DNA of 32,000 bases from the NCBI RefSeq assembly GCF_000186885.1, contig NC_014972.1, positions 780,001-812,000 of the forward strand. Reading direction: 5' to 3'. This DNA is from Desulfobulbus propionicus DSM 2032 (GTDB lineage Bacteria; Desulfobacterota; Desulfobulbia; Desulfobulbales; Desulfobulbaceae). The translations under genes were made by a program, and so were the position numbers. This document shows positions 9,375 through 19,388 of this stretch, in pieces. The notes under the pieces are model-generated. The model was not told the DNA's origin, ran no database searches, and was given only the letters and a program-made list of their open reading frames with translations. Each line of letters starts with the position of its first letter. Within the stretch, counting starts at the first letter, position 1.

Positions 9375-11090
9375 ATGGATGCGCTTCATCAACACAATAC
9401 CGCGATCCTGCTGCTTGCCCTGGGCGCCCTGCTGGCGGCTGCCAAGATCCTGGGCGAACTGGCGCGTCGGTTGCGGCAGCCGTCGGTACTCGGTGAGCTG
9501 CTGGCCGGCGTGCTGCTCGGACCGACCGTGCTCGGCACCCTGGCGCCGGAGGCCAACGCTTTCCTCTTCCCCCAGGAGGGGCCGATGGCATCGGCCCTGG
9601 ATGCCATTGCCGGTGTGGCGGTGACCCTCTTTCTCATGGTGGCCGGGCTGGAGGTCGATCTCTCCAATGTCTGGCGCAAGGGCTGGGTCGGGCTCAAGGT
9701 GGGGGTGGCCAGCATTGCCATCCCCTTTGGAGCCGGCTTTGCCATTGCCTGGGGCCTGCCGCAGATTTTCGACCTGCCGTCGGATGTCAGCCCCCTGCTG
9801 TTCGCCCTATTCCTGGCCATCGCCATGTCGATCTCGGCCCTGCCGGTGATCGTCAAGACCCTGCTCGACCTCAACCTCTATCGCAGCGATTTCGGGGTGG
9901 TGGTGGTCAGCGCCGCCATCTTCAACGATCTGGTCGGCTGGATCATCTTCGCCGTGGTGCTGGGATTGATCGACAACGTGGCCGGCATGGGCAACGGCAT
10001 CACCCTGACCGTGTCGCTCGCCCTGGGTTTCATCCTCTTTGTCTTCACTATTGGCCGCAAGCTGATCCACCGGCTGCTGCCCTATGTCCAGGCCTATACC
10101 TGGTGGCCCGGCGGCGAGATCGGCTTTGTGATCATCCTCAGCCTGTTGGGCGCGGCCTTTACCGAATGGATCGGCATTCATGCCATCTTCGGCGCTTTCT
10201 TCATCGGCATGGCGGTGGGCGACTCGCCCCACTTGCGCCGGCGCAGCCGCTACATCCTCGATCAGTTCGTGTCCAGCGTCTTTTCACCGCTCTTTTTCGC
10301 CAGTATCGGCTTGAAGGTCAACTTTATCACCCGGTTTGACGGGGTGCTGGTGCTGATCGTGTTTGTCGCGGCTTGCGTCTGCAAGCTGGTGGGTGGCGCG
10401 GCGGGCGCCAAGTGGGGACGGATGGGGAGCCGCGAGTCGCTGGCGGTGGGCTTTGCCATGAATTCGCGCGGGGCGATGGAGATCATTCTTGGCCTGCTGG
10501 CCCTGGAACGGGGGATCATTTCCCAGGAGCTGTTCGTGGCCCTGGTGATCACCGCCATCCTCACCTCGATGATGGGTGGGCCGATGATGCAGCTGATCCT
10601 GCAACCGGCGCGCAAGGCAAGGCTGGAGGATGCGTTCCGTTTCGGCCTCTTTCTGCCCGAGTTGCGGGCCGACTCGATCAAGGGAGTGATCGAGGAGATG
10701 ACCGCCGTCGTCGGCCAGGTGCTGGGCGGGAGGCTGGAGCCGTACGTGGTCTCCCGGGTCAGCTGCGCGCCCGAGGATGTGGCCTGCGCGGCCATCGTCA
10801 ACGATGTGCTCTTGCTGGCCGCAGGCGTGGACCACATCAGCCAGCCCTACGTGGTCACCGGCCTCTCCACTCAAGGGGTCGGGTTGTCGTTCATGGACAC
10901 GCAGCGCGCCCACGTGGTCTTTCTCATCCTGTCGCCGAAGAACGATCCGGCCATTCGCGGCGACATGGTGGCCGAGCTTTCGCTGTTGTACCGCGATCAG
11001 GCGATGATCGACCAGACCCTGCAGGCCCGGAGCTTCACCGAGTTTCTTGCCCTGATTCGAACCTCGACCGTGTATCTGCAGAAGGAGTAG
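9375..11090 (+). CDS. Cation:proton antiporter (KefB/monovalent cation:H+ antiporter-2 type) with C-terminal PTS EIIA-like domain
   Basis: Multi-TM; LRQPSVLGELLAGVLLGPTVLG and FAMNSRGAMEIILGLLALERGIISQELFVALVITAILTSMMGGP. The tail [51 protein letters not shown] resembles EIIA(Ntr/Fru). Start uncertain: a GTG at 9336 opens the track ORF. Confidence 0.88.
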   Translation: MDALHQHNTAILLLALGALLAAAKILGELARRLRQPSVLGELLAGVLLGPTVLGTLAPEANAFLFPQEGPMASALDAIAGVAVTLFLMVAGLEVDLSNVWRKGWVGLKVGVASIAIPFGAGFAIAWGLPQIFDLPSDVSPLLFALFLAIAMSISALPVIVKTLLDLNLYRSDFGVVVVSAAIFNDLVGWIIFAVVLGLIDNVAGMGNGITLTVSLALGFILFVFTIGRKLIHRLLPYVQAYTWWPGGEIGFVIILSLLGAAFTEWIGIHAIFGAFFIGMAVGDSPHLRRRSRYILDQFVSSVFSPLFFASIGLKVNFITRFDGVLVLIVFVAACVCKLVGGAAGAKWGRMGSRESLAVGFAMNSRGAMEIILGLLALERGIISQELFVALVITAILTSMMGGPMMQLILQPARKARLEDAFRFGLFLPELRADSIKGVIEEMTAVVGQVLGGRLEPYVVSRVSCAPEDVACAAIVNDVLLLAAGVDHISQPYVVTGLSTQGVGLSFMDTQRAHVVFLILSPKNDPAIRGDMVAELSLLYRDQAMIDQTLQARSFTEFLALIRTSTVYLQKE

Positions 11091-12201
11091 GGGCCGGGCG
11101 GGTGGCCCGAGCCGGCGGAAAGGGCAGAATCAGCTGGCGGATGCGCATCCGCCGGGCCTCCTGCTCGTTGCACAGGTTGGCCACCGTCACCCCGAGCAGG
11201 CGAATCCTTCGCCGTCCGGCCTCGGTGGCGGCCAGCAGCCGAGGCAGTTGGGCGAGGATGTCCTGTGCCGAGAAAAACCCCTGGGGAGTGGTGCTGGAAC
11301 GGGTGATGGTGGTGAAATCGTTGTAGCGCACCTTGAGCGTCAGGGTACGGCCGCCGGTTGCTTTCTCGGCCAGCAGCCGGCTCACCTGTTGCACCAACTG
11401 ATAGAGCACCACGCTCACCCGCGCATAGTCGAGGATATCCTCGGCGAGCGTGGTTTCCGCGCCGATCGACTTGCGCACCCGCACCGGCTGCACCGGCCGC
11501 TGGTCGAGGCCGCGGGCGATGTCGTGAAAAAAATGACCGGTCTTGCCGAACAGGGCGACCATCTCCTGGCGGGAAAAGCGGAGCAGGTCGGCGCCGGTGC
11601 GGATGCCGTGCGCCTGCATTTTCCGCTCCGTGGCCGGACCGACGCCGTAAAACTTGCCGATGGGCAGGGCGGCGATGAAGTCCCTGGCCCGGTCCGGCGG
11701 GATCACGGTGAGGCCGTCGGGTTTGTGGTAGCCGGAGGCGATCTTGGCCAGGAATTTATTGTAGGAGACCCCGGCCGAGGCGGTCAGACCGGTGGTTTCG
11801 CGGATGGCCGCGCGGATGGCCTGGGCGATGCGGGTGGCCGAGGGCTCGCCCATGAGGTTGTCGGTGACGTCGAGGAAAGCTTCGTCCACGGACAGCTGTT
11901 CCACCAGGGGGGTATAGCGGCGGAACAGGGTCATGATCTGGCGCGACATCTCCTGGTAGCGCGCCATGCGCGGGCGAATGAACACCGCCTGCGGACACAG
12001 CTGGTGGGCGCGTACGCTGGGCATGGCCGAATGGATGCCAAAGGCCCTGGCTTCGTAGGAACAGGCCGCGACCACCCCCCGGCTGTTGGGCGCGCCACCG
12101 ACAATCACCGGCAGGCCGAGCAGCTCGGGCCGGTCCAACTGTTCGACCGAGGCGAAAAAGGCATCCATGTCGATGTGAATGATTTTGCGGGTGGTCGGCA
12201 T
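11035..12201 (-). CDS. dinB: DNA polymerase IV (Y-family)
   Basis: [74 protein letters not shown]. Clamp-binding-like QLILPF near the C-terminus. Confidence 0.95.
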   Translation of the reverse strand: MPTTRKIIHIDMDAFFASVEQLDRPELLGLPVIVGGAPNSRGVVAACSYEARAFGIHSAMPSVRAHQLCPQAVFIRPRMARYQEMSRQIMTLFRRYTPLVEQLSVDEAFLDVTDNLMGEPSATRIAQAIRAAIRETTGLTASAGVSYNKFLAKIASGYHKPDGLTVIPPDRARDFIAALPIGKFYGVGPATERKMQAHGIRTGADLLRFSRQEMVALFGKTGHFFHDIARGLDQRPVQPVRVRKSIGAETTLAEDILDYARVSVVLYQLVQQVSRLLAEKATGGRTLTLKVRYNDFTTITRSSTTPQGFFSAQDILAQLPRLLAATEAGRRRIRLLGVTVANLCNEQEARRMRIRQLILPFPPARATRPAPTPSADTRSRFESGQETR

Positions 12202-12331
12202 GCGGGCAAGGCGGCACGGAGCCGGTGTTATCTCCATTGACGCTGTGGGCGGCCATGGCTATTATCGGTCGATTACACGGTGTGATGCGCCGAAAGGGTA
12301 CACGAAAAAACAGGACAGGGAAACAGACAAA

Positions 12332-13360
12332 ATGGAAAGGTATCACGAGCGCCGGCAACAGCTGCACCAGCAGCCCGCCACCTGGCTGGTCACCGGCGTT
12401 GCCGGATTTATCGGCTCGAATTTACTGGAAAGTTTGCTGGTCTTGGGGCAACGGGTGGTTGGCCTGGACAACTTCGCCACCGGGTTTCAGCATAACCTGG
12501 ACGAGGTGCGGACGCGGGTGGGCGCGGCGGCTTGGCAGCGGTTCTGTTTCATCGAGGGCGATATCCGCGAACTGGCTGTCTGCCGCGAGGCCTGCACCGG
12601 CGTGGATTATGTGCTCCATCAGGCGGCGCTTGGCTCGGTGCCCCGTTCGATCGAGGACCCGATCACCACCAACGAGAGCAACATCACCGGCTTTGTCAAC
12701 ATGCTGGTGGCGGCGAGGGATGCCAGGGTGCGCCGCATGGTCTATGCCGCCTCCAGCTCCACCTACGGCGACCACCCCGACCTGCCCAAGGTCGAGGAGC
12801 GGATCGGCAACCCGCTCTCGCCCTATGCGGTCACCAAGCTGGTCAACGAGCTGTATGCTGATGTTTTTGGCCGCGTCTACGGTTTTGCACCCATTGGCCT
12901 GCGCTACTTCAACATCTTCGGTCAGCGCCAGGACCCGGATGGCGCCTATGCGGCGGTCATTCCCAAGTGGTTTGCCGGCTTGCTCAAAAATGAACCGATC
13001 TACATCAACGGCGACGGCGAAACCAGCCGCGACTTCTGCTTCATCGACAACTGCGTCCAGGCCAACATCCTCGCCGCCACCGCCGACGACCAGGCTGCCG
13101 GCCAGGTCTACAACGTGGCGTTTGGCGAGCGCACCACGCTCAACGAACTGTTCGCCCTCATCCGCGAACGGGTGACGACGCGCATGCCAGCCGCGGCCCA
13201 GGCCGAACCCGTCTACCGCGACTTCCGTGCCGGCGATGTGCGCCACTCCCTGGCCGATATCTCCAAGGGGGCCCGGCTGATAGGCTACCAGCCCGAATAC
13301 TCGGTGCGCACTGGGCTCGACAAGGCGGCGGATTGGTATATGGAGAGGTTTTTAGGGTGA
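12332..13360 (+). CDS. UDP-N-acetylglucosamine 4-epimerase-like protein (WbpP/TviC type extended SDR)
   Basis: [104 protein letters not shown]. Confidence 0.92.
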   Translation: MERYHERRQQLHQQPATWLVTGVAGFIGSNLLESLLVLGQRVVGLDNFATGFQHNLDEVRTRVGAAAWQRFCFIEGDIRELAVCREACTGVDYVLHQAALGSVPRSIEDPITTNESNITGFVNMLVAARDARVRRMVYAASSSTYGDHPDLPKVEERIGNPLSPYAVTKLVNELYADVFGRVYGFAPIGLRYFNIFGQRQDPDGAYAAVIPKWFAGLLKNEPIYINGDGETSRDFCFIDNCVQANILAATADDQAAGQVYNVAFGERTTLNELFALIRERVTTRMPAAAQAEPVYRDFRAGDVRHSLADISKGARLIGYQPEYSVRTGLDKAADWYMERFLG

Positions 13361-13476
13361 TAGGTTGATAGTCTACGAGGGGGAGGATAGAAACGCGTTG
13401 TTTGCGTGCCCACCGTTTGATGTGATGGTGCCCTCCAAGTCTACACCATAAATTTTCATCAAAGAGGTATTCAAGC

Positions 13477-13638
13477 GTGAATCCATCGAAATGGAAAAAA
13501 GAGAAAAAGGTGGAATTTGGACCGCAACCGCCCCCGAAACTGCTGACCACCAAGGGCCTGATCATTCGCGGCATCATCTTCATCGCCTCGCTCGCGGGTG
13601 CAGGGTATCTGCTTTGGCTGGAGTTCAGCGGCAAATGA
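13477..13638 (+). CDS. Putative small single-pass membrane protein (53 aa, GTG start)
   Basis: My reading: (V/M)NPSKWKKEKKVEFGPQPPPKLLTTKGLIIRGIIFIASLAGAGYLLWLEFSGK-stop. AGAGG lies upstream of the GTG, with a Lys-rich N-terminus and one hydrophobic helix. Not in the supplied ORF track. Confidence 0.5.
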   Translation: MNPSKWKKEKKVEFGPQPPPKLLTTKGLIIRGIIFIASLAGAGYLLWLEFSGK

Positions 13639-13761
13639 ATCCAGCGGAATCCGGCTTAGGCGGGTACCGGTTGCGATACAACACGACGACGACCGCAGAG
13701 GACAAAATCCCCTGCCGCGATCCGTTCCATCGCAAAGCCGTTTTGGCAGACTAAAAGCCGG

Positions 13762-13834
13762 GTAGGGTGGGTACGCACCCCACCGATGGTATCGACTCCC
13801 GGTGGGCAAAGAAACAGCCCTTTGCCCACCCTAC
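13762..13834. repeat. Nested intergenic palindrome (REP-like candidate)
   Basis: Outer arms GTAGGGTGGG (13762-13771) / CCCACCCTAC (13825-13834). Inner hairpin GGTGGGCAAAG (13801-13811) / CTTTGCCCACC (13820-13830). The right arms overlap, so the pairings are mutually exclusive. Confidence 0.65.
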
Positions 13835-13887
13835 TAACTCACAGCCTAATAGACTATAAACTTTCACTTCCTCCAAGGAGTCCCCCC

Positions 13888-14982
13888 ATGTCCAGCACCC
13901 TCGGCACCCTCTACAAAGTCACCACCTTCGGCGAATCGCACTGCAAGGGCGTCGGCGCCATTGTCGACGGCTGCCCGCCCGGTATGGCCCTGACCGAGGC
14001 CGACATCCAACCGCAGCTCTCCCGCCGCCGGCCGGGCCAGAGCGACCTCTCGACCCCGCGCCAGGAGGCCGATCAGGTGACCATCTATTCGGGCACCGAG
14101 TTCGGCCGTACTCTGGGCACGCCGATCATGCTGCTGGTCAACAACAAGGACCAGCGGCCGCAGGACTACGGCGAGATGAGCCGCATTCCCCGGCCCTCGC
14201 ACGCCGATTTCACCTACCAGATGAAGTACGGCGTGCGCGCCTCCAGCGGCGGCGGCCGCTCCAGTGCCCGCGAGACCATCGGCCGGGTAGCGGCGGGTGC
14301 CATTGCCGAGAAGTGGCTCCATGAAACCTACGGCACCGAGATCGTGGCCTGGGTGAGCGCGGTGGGCGATATCGAGGCCCCGGCAATGGATGTGGAGCGG
14401 ATCAGCCGAGCCGATGTCGACGCCCACCTCGTCCGCTGCCCGGACGCGGCCACCGCCGCCCGCATGGAGGCACGGGTCAAGGAGGTGCTGGCGGCCAAGG
14501 ATTCCACCGGCGGCATCCTCACCTGCGTGTGCCGCAACGTGCCCATCGGTCTGGGCGAGCCGGTGTTCGACAAACTGGAAGCCCGGCTCGCCCAGGCCAT
14601 GCTCTCCTTGCCCGCCACCAAGGGGTTCGACATCGGTTCCGGTTTTGCCGGCACCCGCATGCGCGGCAGCGAGCACAACGATCCCTTTACCCGCAAGGGG
14701 GAACAACTGGGCACCCGCACCAACTACAGCGGCGGCGTCCAGGGCGGCATCAGCAACGGCGAGCCCATCGTTTTCCGCGTGGCCTTCAAGCCGGTGGCCA
14801 CCATTGGCCAGGCCCAGGAAACGGTGGATTTCGACGGCCAGCCGGTCACCCTGGAGGCCAAGGGTCGTCACGATCCCTGCGTGGTGCCCCGTGCCGTGCC
14901 CATCGTCGAGTCCATGGCCGCGCTGGTGCTCATCGACCTGGCGCTGCGGCAGCGGGCCAGGTTGACGGTCAGCCCCTTGTGA
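13888..14982 (+). CDS. aroC: Chorismate synthase
   Basis: [64 protein letters not shown], with downstream [14 protein letters not shown] and [29 protein letters not shown] precedes the ATG. Confidence 0.97.
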   Translation: MSSTLGTLYKVTTFGESHCKGVGAIVDGCPPGMALTEADIQPQLSRRRPGQSDLSTPRQEADQVTIYSGTEFGRTLGTPIMLLVNNKDQRPQDYGEMSRIPRPSHADFTYQMKYGVRASSGGGRSSARETIGRVAAGAIAEKWLHETYGTEIVAWVSAVGDIEAPAMDVERISRADVDAHLVRCPDAATAARMEARVKEVLAAKDSTGGILTCVCRNVPIGLGEPVFDKLEARLAQAMLSLPATKGFDIGSGFAGTRMRGSEHNDPFTRKGEQLGTRTNYSGGVQGGISNGEPIVFRVAFKPVATIGQAQETVDFDGQPVTLEAKGRHDPCVVPRAVPIVESMAALVLIDLALRQRARLTVSPL

Positions 14983-14993
14983 GGAGCGGCGGC

Positions 14994-16067
14994 ATGCTGG
15001 AACATCCGGCCTCGATCCTGGTGGTCGAGGATTCGCCGATCAACCAGCGGCTGCTGTGCAAGCTGCTTGGCAAGGAGGGCTACGCGGTCAGGACCGCCGA
15101 TCACGGCCAGGAGGCCCTGGCGCTGCTGCGGACCTTTCGGCCGGATCTGATCCTGCTCGATATTCTCATGCCGCAGATGGACGGCCTGGAACTCTGCCGG
15201 CTGCTCAAGGTCGGGGAGGCCACCCGCGACATTCCGGTGATCTTCATTTCCTCGCTCGACGACACCTCGGACAAGCTCAGCGGTTTCGAGGCCGGCGGCG
15301 TCGACTATATCACCAAGCCCTTTCATCCGGCCGAGGTCCTGGCCCGGATCAGCACCCATCTCAAGCTGTGCCGCCTGCAACGGCAGCTGGAGGAGCGCAA
15401 CCGTCAGCTGGGCCTGGAAAAACAGAAGTCCGAGGCCCTGCTGCTCAATGTCCTGCCAGCCCGGGTCGCCCACGAACTGATGGAGCGCGGGGCGTACACG
15501 CCGCAATCCTTTCCCGAGGTGACGGTCTGTTTTGTCGATATCGTCCAGTTCACCGTGGCCGCCACCACCCTGTCGCCGGAAGAGCTGCTGGGCGAGCTCA
15601 ATGCCCTGTTCGGCGCCTTTGATCGGATCGTCGAGGCCAACCATTGCGAGCGGATGAAGACCATCGGCGACGCCTATCTCTTTGTCGCCGGCATTCCCGA
15701 GGCCAGCCCGGATCAGGTGAGGAACGCAGCCCTGGCCGCCCTGGGGATCGTCGAATATCTGCGGGAGCGCAACCGCTCCGGGGCCCGGCCGTGGCAGGTG
15801 CGCATCGGTTTGCACTGCGGCCCGGTGGTGGGCGGCATTGTCGGCACCAAGAAATATCTCTACGATATCTTCGGTGACGCAGTCAACATCGCCGCCCGCC
15901 TGGAAGCCCTGTCCGAACCGATGCGGATCAATGTCTCGACCGAGGTTCGCCGCCGGCTGGACGGCGCCTTCGACTTTTCCTGCCCCTTGAGCGTGGAAAT
16001 GAAGGGCAAGGGACAGCAGTCGACCTGTTTTCTCGAGGGGCGGCGCGGCCAGACCTCTGGTGGTTAG
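14994..16067 (+). CDS. Response regulator receiver domain fused to class III adenylate/guanylate cyclase
   Basis: Receiver: ILVVEDSPINQRLLCKLLGKEGYAV, DLILLDILMPQMDG, VDYITKPF. Cyclase: VTVCFVDIVQFT, MKTIGDAYLFVAGIP, KYLYDIFGDAVNIAARLEAL. Starts 11 nt after the aroC stop. Confidence 0.93.
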   Translation: MLEHPASILVVEDSPINQRLLCKLLGKEGYAVRTADHGQEALALLRTFRPDLILLDILMPQMDGLELCRLLKVGEATRDIPVIFISSLDDTSDKLSGFEAGGVDYITKPFHPAEVLARISTHLKLCRLQRQLEERNRQLGLEKQKSEALLLNVLPARVAHELMERGAYTPQSFPEVTVCFVDIVQFTVAATTLSPEELLGELNALFGAFDRIVEANHCERMKTIGDAYLFVAGIPEASPDQVRNAALAALGIVEYLRERNRSGARPWQVRIGLHCGPVVGGIVGTKKYLYDIFGDAVNIAARLEALSEPMRINVSTEVRRRLDGAFDFSCPLSVEMKGKGQQSTCFLEGRRGQTSGG

Positions 16068-16307
16068 GCGACCGGGCCGTGGATGGCGAGCGGATGCCAT
16101 GGTCGCTGGCCGCATCGAGAAGGTGCGGCTTTACCTTGTCCTGAGCCAATTTTTCTGCTACGGAGGAGTGCTGCCAACACGGGCGTGGCGATCAGCAAGC
16201 GATTTGTCCGCGCCGCTCTTTCTGAACCTGCTCGACGACGATTCCATGTTGCCACCGTGCCCTCTTCTTCTGTTCTGTCCCCCCATGCCTTGCCTGGATA
16301 CCCTGCC

Positions 16308-17939
16308 GTGAACAAGCTGTGGAACATTGCCGACCTGATCGACCTCCATTTCTTTTTCCAGGCCGACGAGGAGCTGCGGCGCAGGGAGGGGGAAGCGGCG
16401 CTGGCCAAGCGCGACCGGATCATCTATGTGGCCAAGATCGAGCCGCAGCTGGGCAAAATGGACGATATTCCGCCCCGGATCCTGGTGCGCAAGTGGCTGG
16501 CCATGCGGCGGCTGCAGTACCGTCAGGAGCGCGGGCACGAGGGGCAGGTGCTGCCCGGCACCCTGTGGCAGGAAATGGCCCTGCTCTGCCGGGGGCTGGT
16601 GTTCTGCTGCGGCCTGCTGGCCGGGGCGGGCCTGGCCGGTTCCCTGCTTGTCTATGCCGGCACCATGCCGCTGAATGTGGCCGTCTATTTTGGCCTGTTT
16701 GTCGTCCTTCAGCTCGTGATGATCGGCCTTCAGGGGGGGCTGTTCGTCTACCGGCGCCTGCGCCGGCTGCCCATGGAGTCGACCGCCCTTTACGCGCTCA
16801 TCGGCCGGTTGCTGATGCGAGGCATGGACGGAATGCGCCGACTGGTGCAGCGCAATCTCAGCGGCCAGCGGCGGTTGGATCTGGCGGCGCTGCTCGGCGG
16901 CGTGCGCCAGCGCAAGGAACTGGCGGCACTGCTCATCTGGCCGGCTTTCATCCTGGTGCAGCTGGGCGGCATCGGCTTCAATCTCGGGGTGATCGGCGCC
17001 ACCCTGGCCAAGGTCACCTTTGCCGACATCGCCTTTGCCTGGCAGTCGAGCCTGCAGCTCTCGGCCGAGCTGGTGGCCAGCTTGGTGCGCTGGATCGCCC
17101 TGCCCTGGTCGTGGCTCGTTCCCCATGCCTATCCGAGCCTGGCGCAGATCCAAGGCAGCCAGGTGGTGCTCAAGGAGGGCATGGCGCATCTGGCCACTGC
17201 CGATCTGGTCTCGTGGTGGCCCTTTCTCTGCTGCGCGGTGGTGACCTACGGCCTGCTGCCCCGGATCGGGCTGCTGATGCTCGGGCTAGTGGGGCAGCGC
17301 CGCGCCCTCGATGCGCTCCACTTCGCCACCCTGAGCATCCGGCCGCTGTTGCAGCGCATGACCACTCCCCGGATCGACACCAACGGCGAGCGGGAGTCCA
17401 CCGGCCAGGGGCGGCCAATAACACGGCCGCCAGCCGAGTCGGTCGAACCAGGAGGACCAGGGCGGGGCATGGAACCGGCCGCGCCGCCAGCCGCTTCGGC
17501 GCCGGCCGTTCACGATGCGCCGACCGTCCTGCTGATCGCCGATGAACTGTACGATGAGTGCCCGCAAGAACTGCTCGTCGAGCGGCTCAGGTCGCAATGG
17601 GGTCACGGCCGGGTCGAGTGTGTCCGCCATGGGCAGCCCGGTGCGCCGCTCGCGGAGGCGTTACTGCCGCTGCGCACCGCCGTCGAGCAAGGGGGGCTCG
17701 GCAGCGTGCTCCTGCTCCAGGAAGCCTGGCAGCCGCCGCTCAAGGAGACCGAGCTGCTGTTGCGCGCACTGCGCGATATTGCCGGCGAGCACACGCCGTT
17801 GACCGTTGTCCTTATCGGCAAGCCCACGCCGCAAACCATCCTCACCCCGGTCGATCCTGAGCAGCTGCGTGTCTGGCGGCAGAAGATGCGTGCCGTGGGC
17901 GATCCCTGTCTTGAGGTGCAACCCCTGGTGCAACCATGA
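16308..17939 (+). CDS. DUF2868-type multi-pass membrane protein
   Basis: From GTG 16308: VNKLWNIADLIDLHFFFQADEELRRREGEAALAKRDRIIYVAKIEP... with several TM segments and a soluble C-terminal region. Stop overlaps the start of the next gene (ATGA). Family name from recognition only. Confidence 0.75.
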   Translation: MNKLWNIADLIDLHFFFQADEELRRREGEAALAKRDRIIYVAKIEPQLGKMDDIPPRILVRKWLAMRRLQYRQERGHEGQVLPGTLWQEMALLCRGLVFCCGLLAGAGLAGSLLVYAGTMPLNVAVYFGLFVVLQLVMIGLQGGLFVYRRLRRLPMESTALYALIGRLLMRGMDGMRRLVQRNLSGQRRLDLAALLGGVRQRKELAALLIWPAFILVQLGGIGFNLGVIGATLAKVTFADIAFAWQSSLQLSAELVASLVRWIALPWSWLVPHAYPSLAQIQGSQVVLKEGMAHLATADLVSWWPFLCCAVVTYGLLPRIGLLMLGLVGQRRALDALHFATLSIRPLLQRMTTPRIDTNGERESTGQGRPITRPPAESVEPGGPGRGMEPAAPPAASAPAVHDAPTVLLIADELYDECPQELLVERLRSQWGHGRVECVRHGQPGAPLAEALLPLRTAVEQGGLGSVLLLQEAWQPPLKETELLLRALRDIAGEHTPLTVVLIGKPTPQTILTPVDPEQLRVWRQKMRAVGDPCLEVQPLVQP

Positions 17940-19387
17940 AAACGGTTCCGGAATTCGCCATCATCGGCCATCCCAACGAGGGCAAGTCCTCGGTGCTGTC
18001 CACCCTGGCGGAGGACGATTCGGTACGGGTCAGCGCCACGCCCGGAGAAACCGTGGTCTGCCAGGCTTTTCCGGTGCGCATCGACGGCCGGGAGATCATC
18101 CGTTTCATCGACACCCCGGGGTTCCAGAACCCGCGCCAGACCCTGGAGTGGCTGCAATCCTATCAGGGCCCGGAAGAGGGCATGCTGGAGGCCTTCATCG
18201 GCGCCCACCAGGATGATCCGGCCTTTCAAGACGACTGCGAACTGCTCCGGCCGGTGGCGGCCGGTGCGGGGGTGATCTTTGTGGTTGACGGTTCCCGTCC
18301 CCTGCGCCACGTCGACCGGGCCGAGATGGAGATCCTCCGTCTGACCGGGGCGCCGCGCATGGCGGTGATCAACTGCAAGGACGAGGAGGAAGGGTATCTG
18401 GCCAAGTGGCAGGGCGAGTTCCGCAAGCATTTCAATGCGGTCCGCCTGTTCAACTCCTGCCGGGCCAACTACCGCCAGCGCATCGATCTGTTGGAGAGCC
18501 TCAAATCCATCGACCAGCAGCTGGAACCGGTGCTGCGCACGGTGATCGAGGCCTTTCAGGACGACTGGGAGGTACGCAGCCAGCGGACCGCCGCCATTCT
18601 CGCCGCCATGCTCATCGATATCATCAGCTACCGGCGGGTGGTCCCCTGCGCGCCCGACGAGGAGGAGCGCAAGCGCCAGGACCTGCACCGAGACTACCTT
18701 GAGTATGTCACCGGCCGGGAGCGGCAGGCCCAGCAGGCGATCCGCGCCCTGTTCAAGCACAATATCTTCAATCTCGAACTGCCGCCGCAGTCGATCCTGG
18801 CCGAGGACCTGTTCAGTCAGCGCACCTGGGAGTTCCTCGGCCTGAGCAAGCGGCAGATCATCCTGGCCGGAGCCCTGGGCGGGGCGGCCCTGGGGGTGGG
18901 CATCGACGCCGCCACCGTCGGCACCTCCTTTGGCCTGTTCTCGGCGGTCGGCGGCCTGATTGGCGCCGGTGCCACGGCGCTCAAGGGCAAGGACCTGCTT
19001 TCCGGCGTCCGCCTGCTGGGCATGAAGATGGGCGGCGAGCAGTTGCGGGTGGGGCCGGTCACCAACATCCAGCTGCTCTACATCCTCCTTGACCGGGGGC
19101 TGCTATTTTATTCCCATGTGATCAACTGGGCGCATGGCCGCCGCGATTACGAACGGATGGCGGCGTTGCCCATGACCGCAGGGGCGACGGGTGGCTTCAC
19201 CCGACGTTGGCAGCGGGAGCAGCGAGCTGTTTGTGACCGGTTTTTCCGTGCCGTGCTCAAGGGCCACGAGGGCGAGATCGAGGAAACCTCGGTGGCTCTG
19301 CAAGATCTGCTGCGCGATCAGTTCCTCGGGCTCAGCGAGGATCGGGCTTTGCTCGGCGTGGAAGGCGATCCGGCCGAACACTCGTGA
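17936..19387 (+). CDS. GTPase with C-terminal DUF3482-type region
   Basis: P-loop IIGHPNEGKSS, G3 motif FIDTPGF, and a Gly/Ala-rich membrane-compatible segment ILAGALGGAALGVGIDAATVGTSFGLFSAVGGLIGAGATAL. Confidence 0.85.
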   Translation: MKTVPEFAIIGHPNEGKSSVLSTLAEDDSVRVSATPGETVVCQAFPVRIDGREIIRFIDTPGFQNPRQTLEWLQSYQGPEEGMLEAFIGAHQDDPAFQDDCELLRPVAAGAGVIFVVDGSRPLRHVDRAEMEILRLTGAPRMAVINCKDEEEGYLAKWQGEFRKHFNAVRLFNSCRANYRQRIDLLESLKSIDQQLEPVLRTVIEAFQDDWEVRSQRTAAILAAMLIDIISYRRVVPCAPDEEERKRQDLHRDYLEYVTGRERQAQQAIRALFKHNIFNLELPPQSILAEDLFSQRTWEFLGLSKRQIILAGALGGAALGVGIDAATVGTSFGLFSAVGGLIGAGATALKGKDLLSGVRLLGMKMGGEQLRVGPVTNIQLLYILLDRGLLFYSHVINWAHGRRDYERMAALPMTAGATGGFTRRWQREQRAVCDRFFRAVLKGHEGEIEETSVALQDLLRDQFLGLSEDRALLGVEGDPAEHS

Positions 19388-19388
19388 T

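Noticed and set aside
10373-12240. ORFs 10373..11326 + and 11248..12240 + overlapping the antiporter and dinB
   Set aside because: Out-of-frame or antisense readings of clearly assigned genes, with no family signature.
13158-13634. 158-aa minus-strand ORF in the epimerase-aroC gap
   Set aside because: No recognisable motif, partly antisense to the epimerase 3' end; the plus-strand small ORF at 13477-13638 is the better coding candidate.
14868-16115. 415-aa minus-strand ORF opposite the response regulator-cyclase
   Set aside because: Antisense shadow; the plus strand has intact receiver and cyclase motifs.
16319-17545. 408-aa plus-strand ORF inside the DUF2868-type gene
   Set aside because: Alternate frame rich in Arg/Pro/Ala. 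The main frame has coherent TM segments and couples to the next gene.
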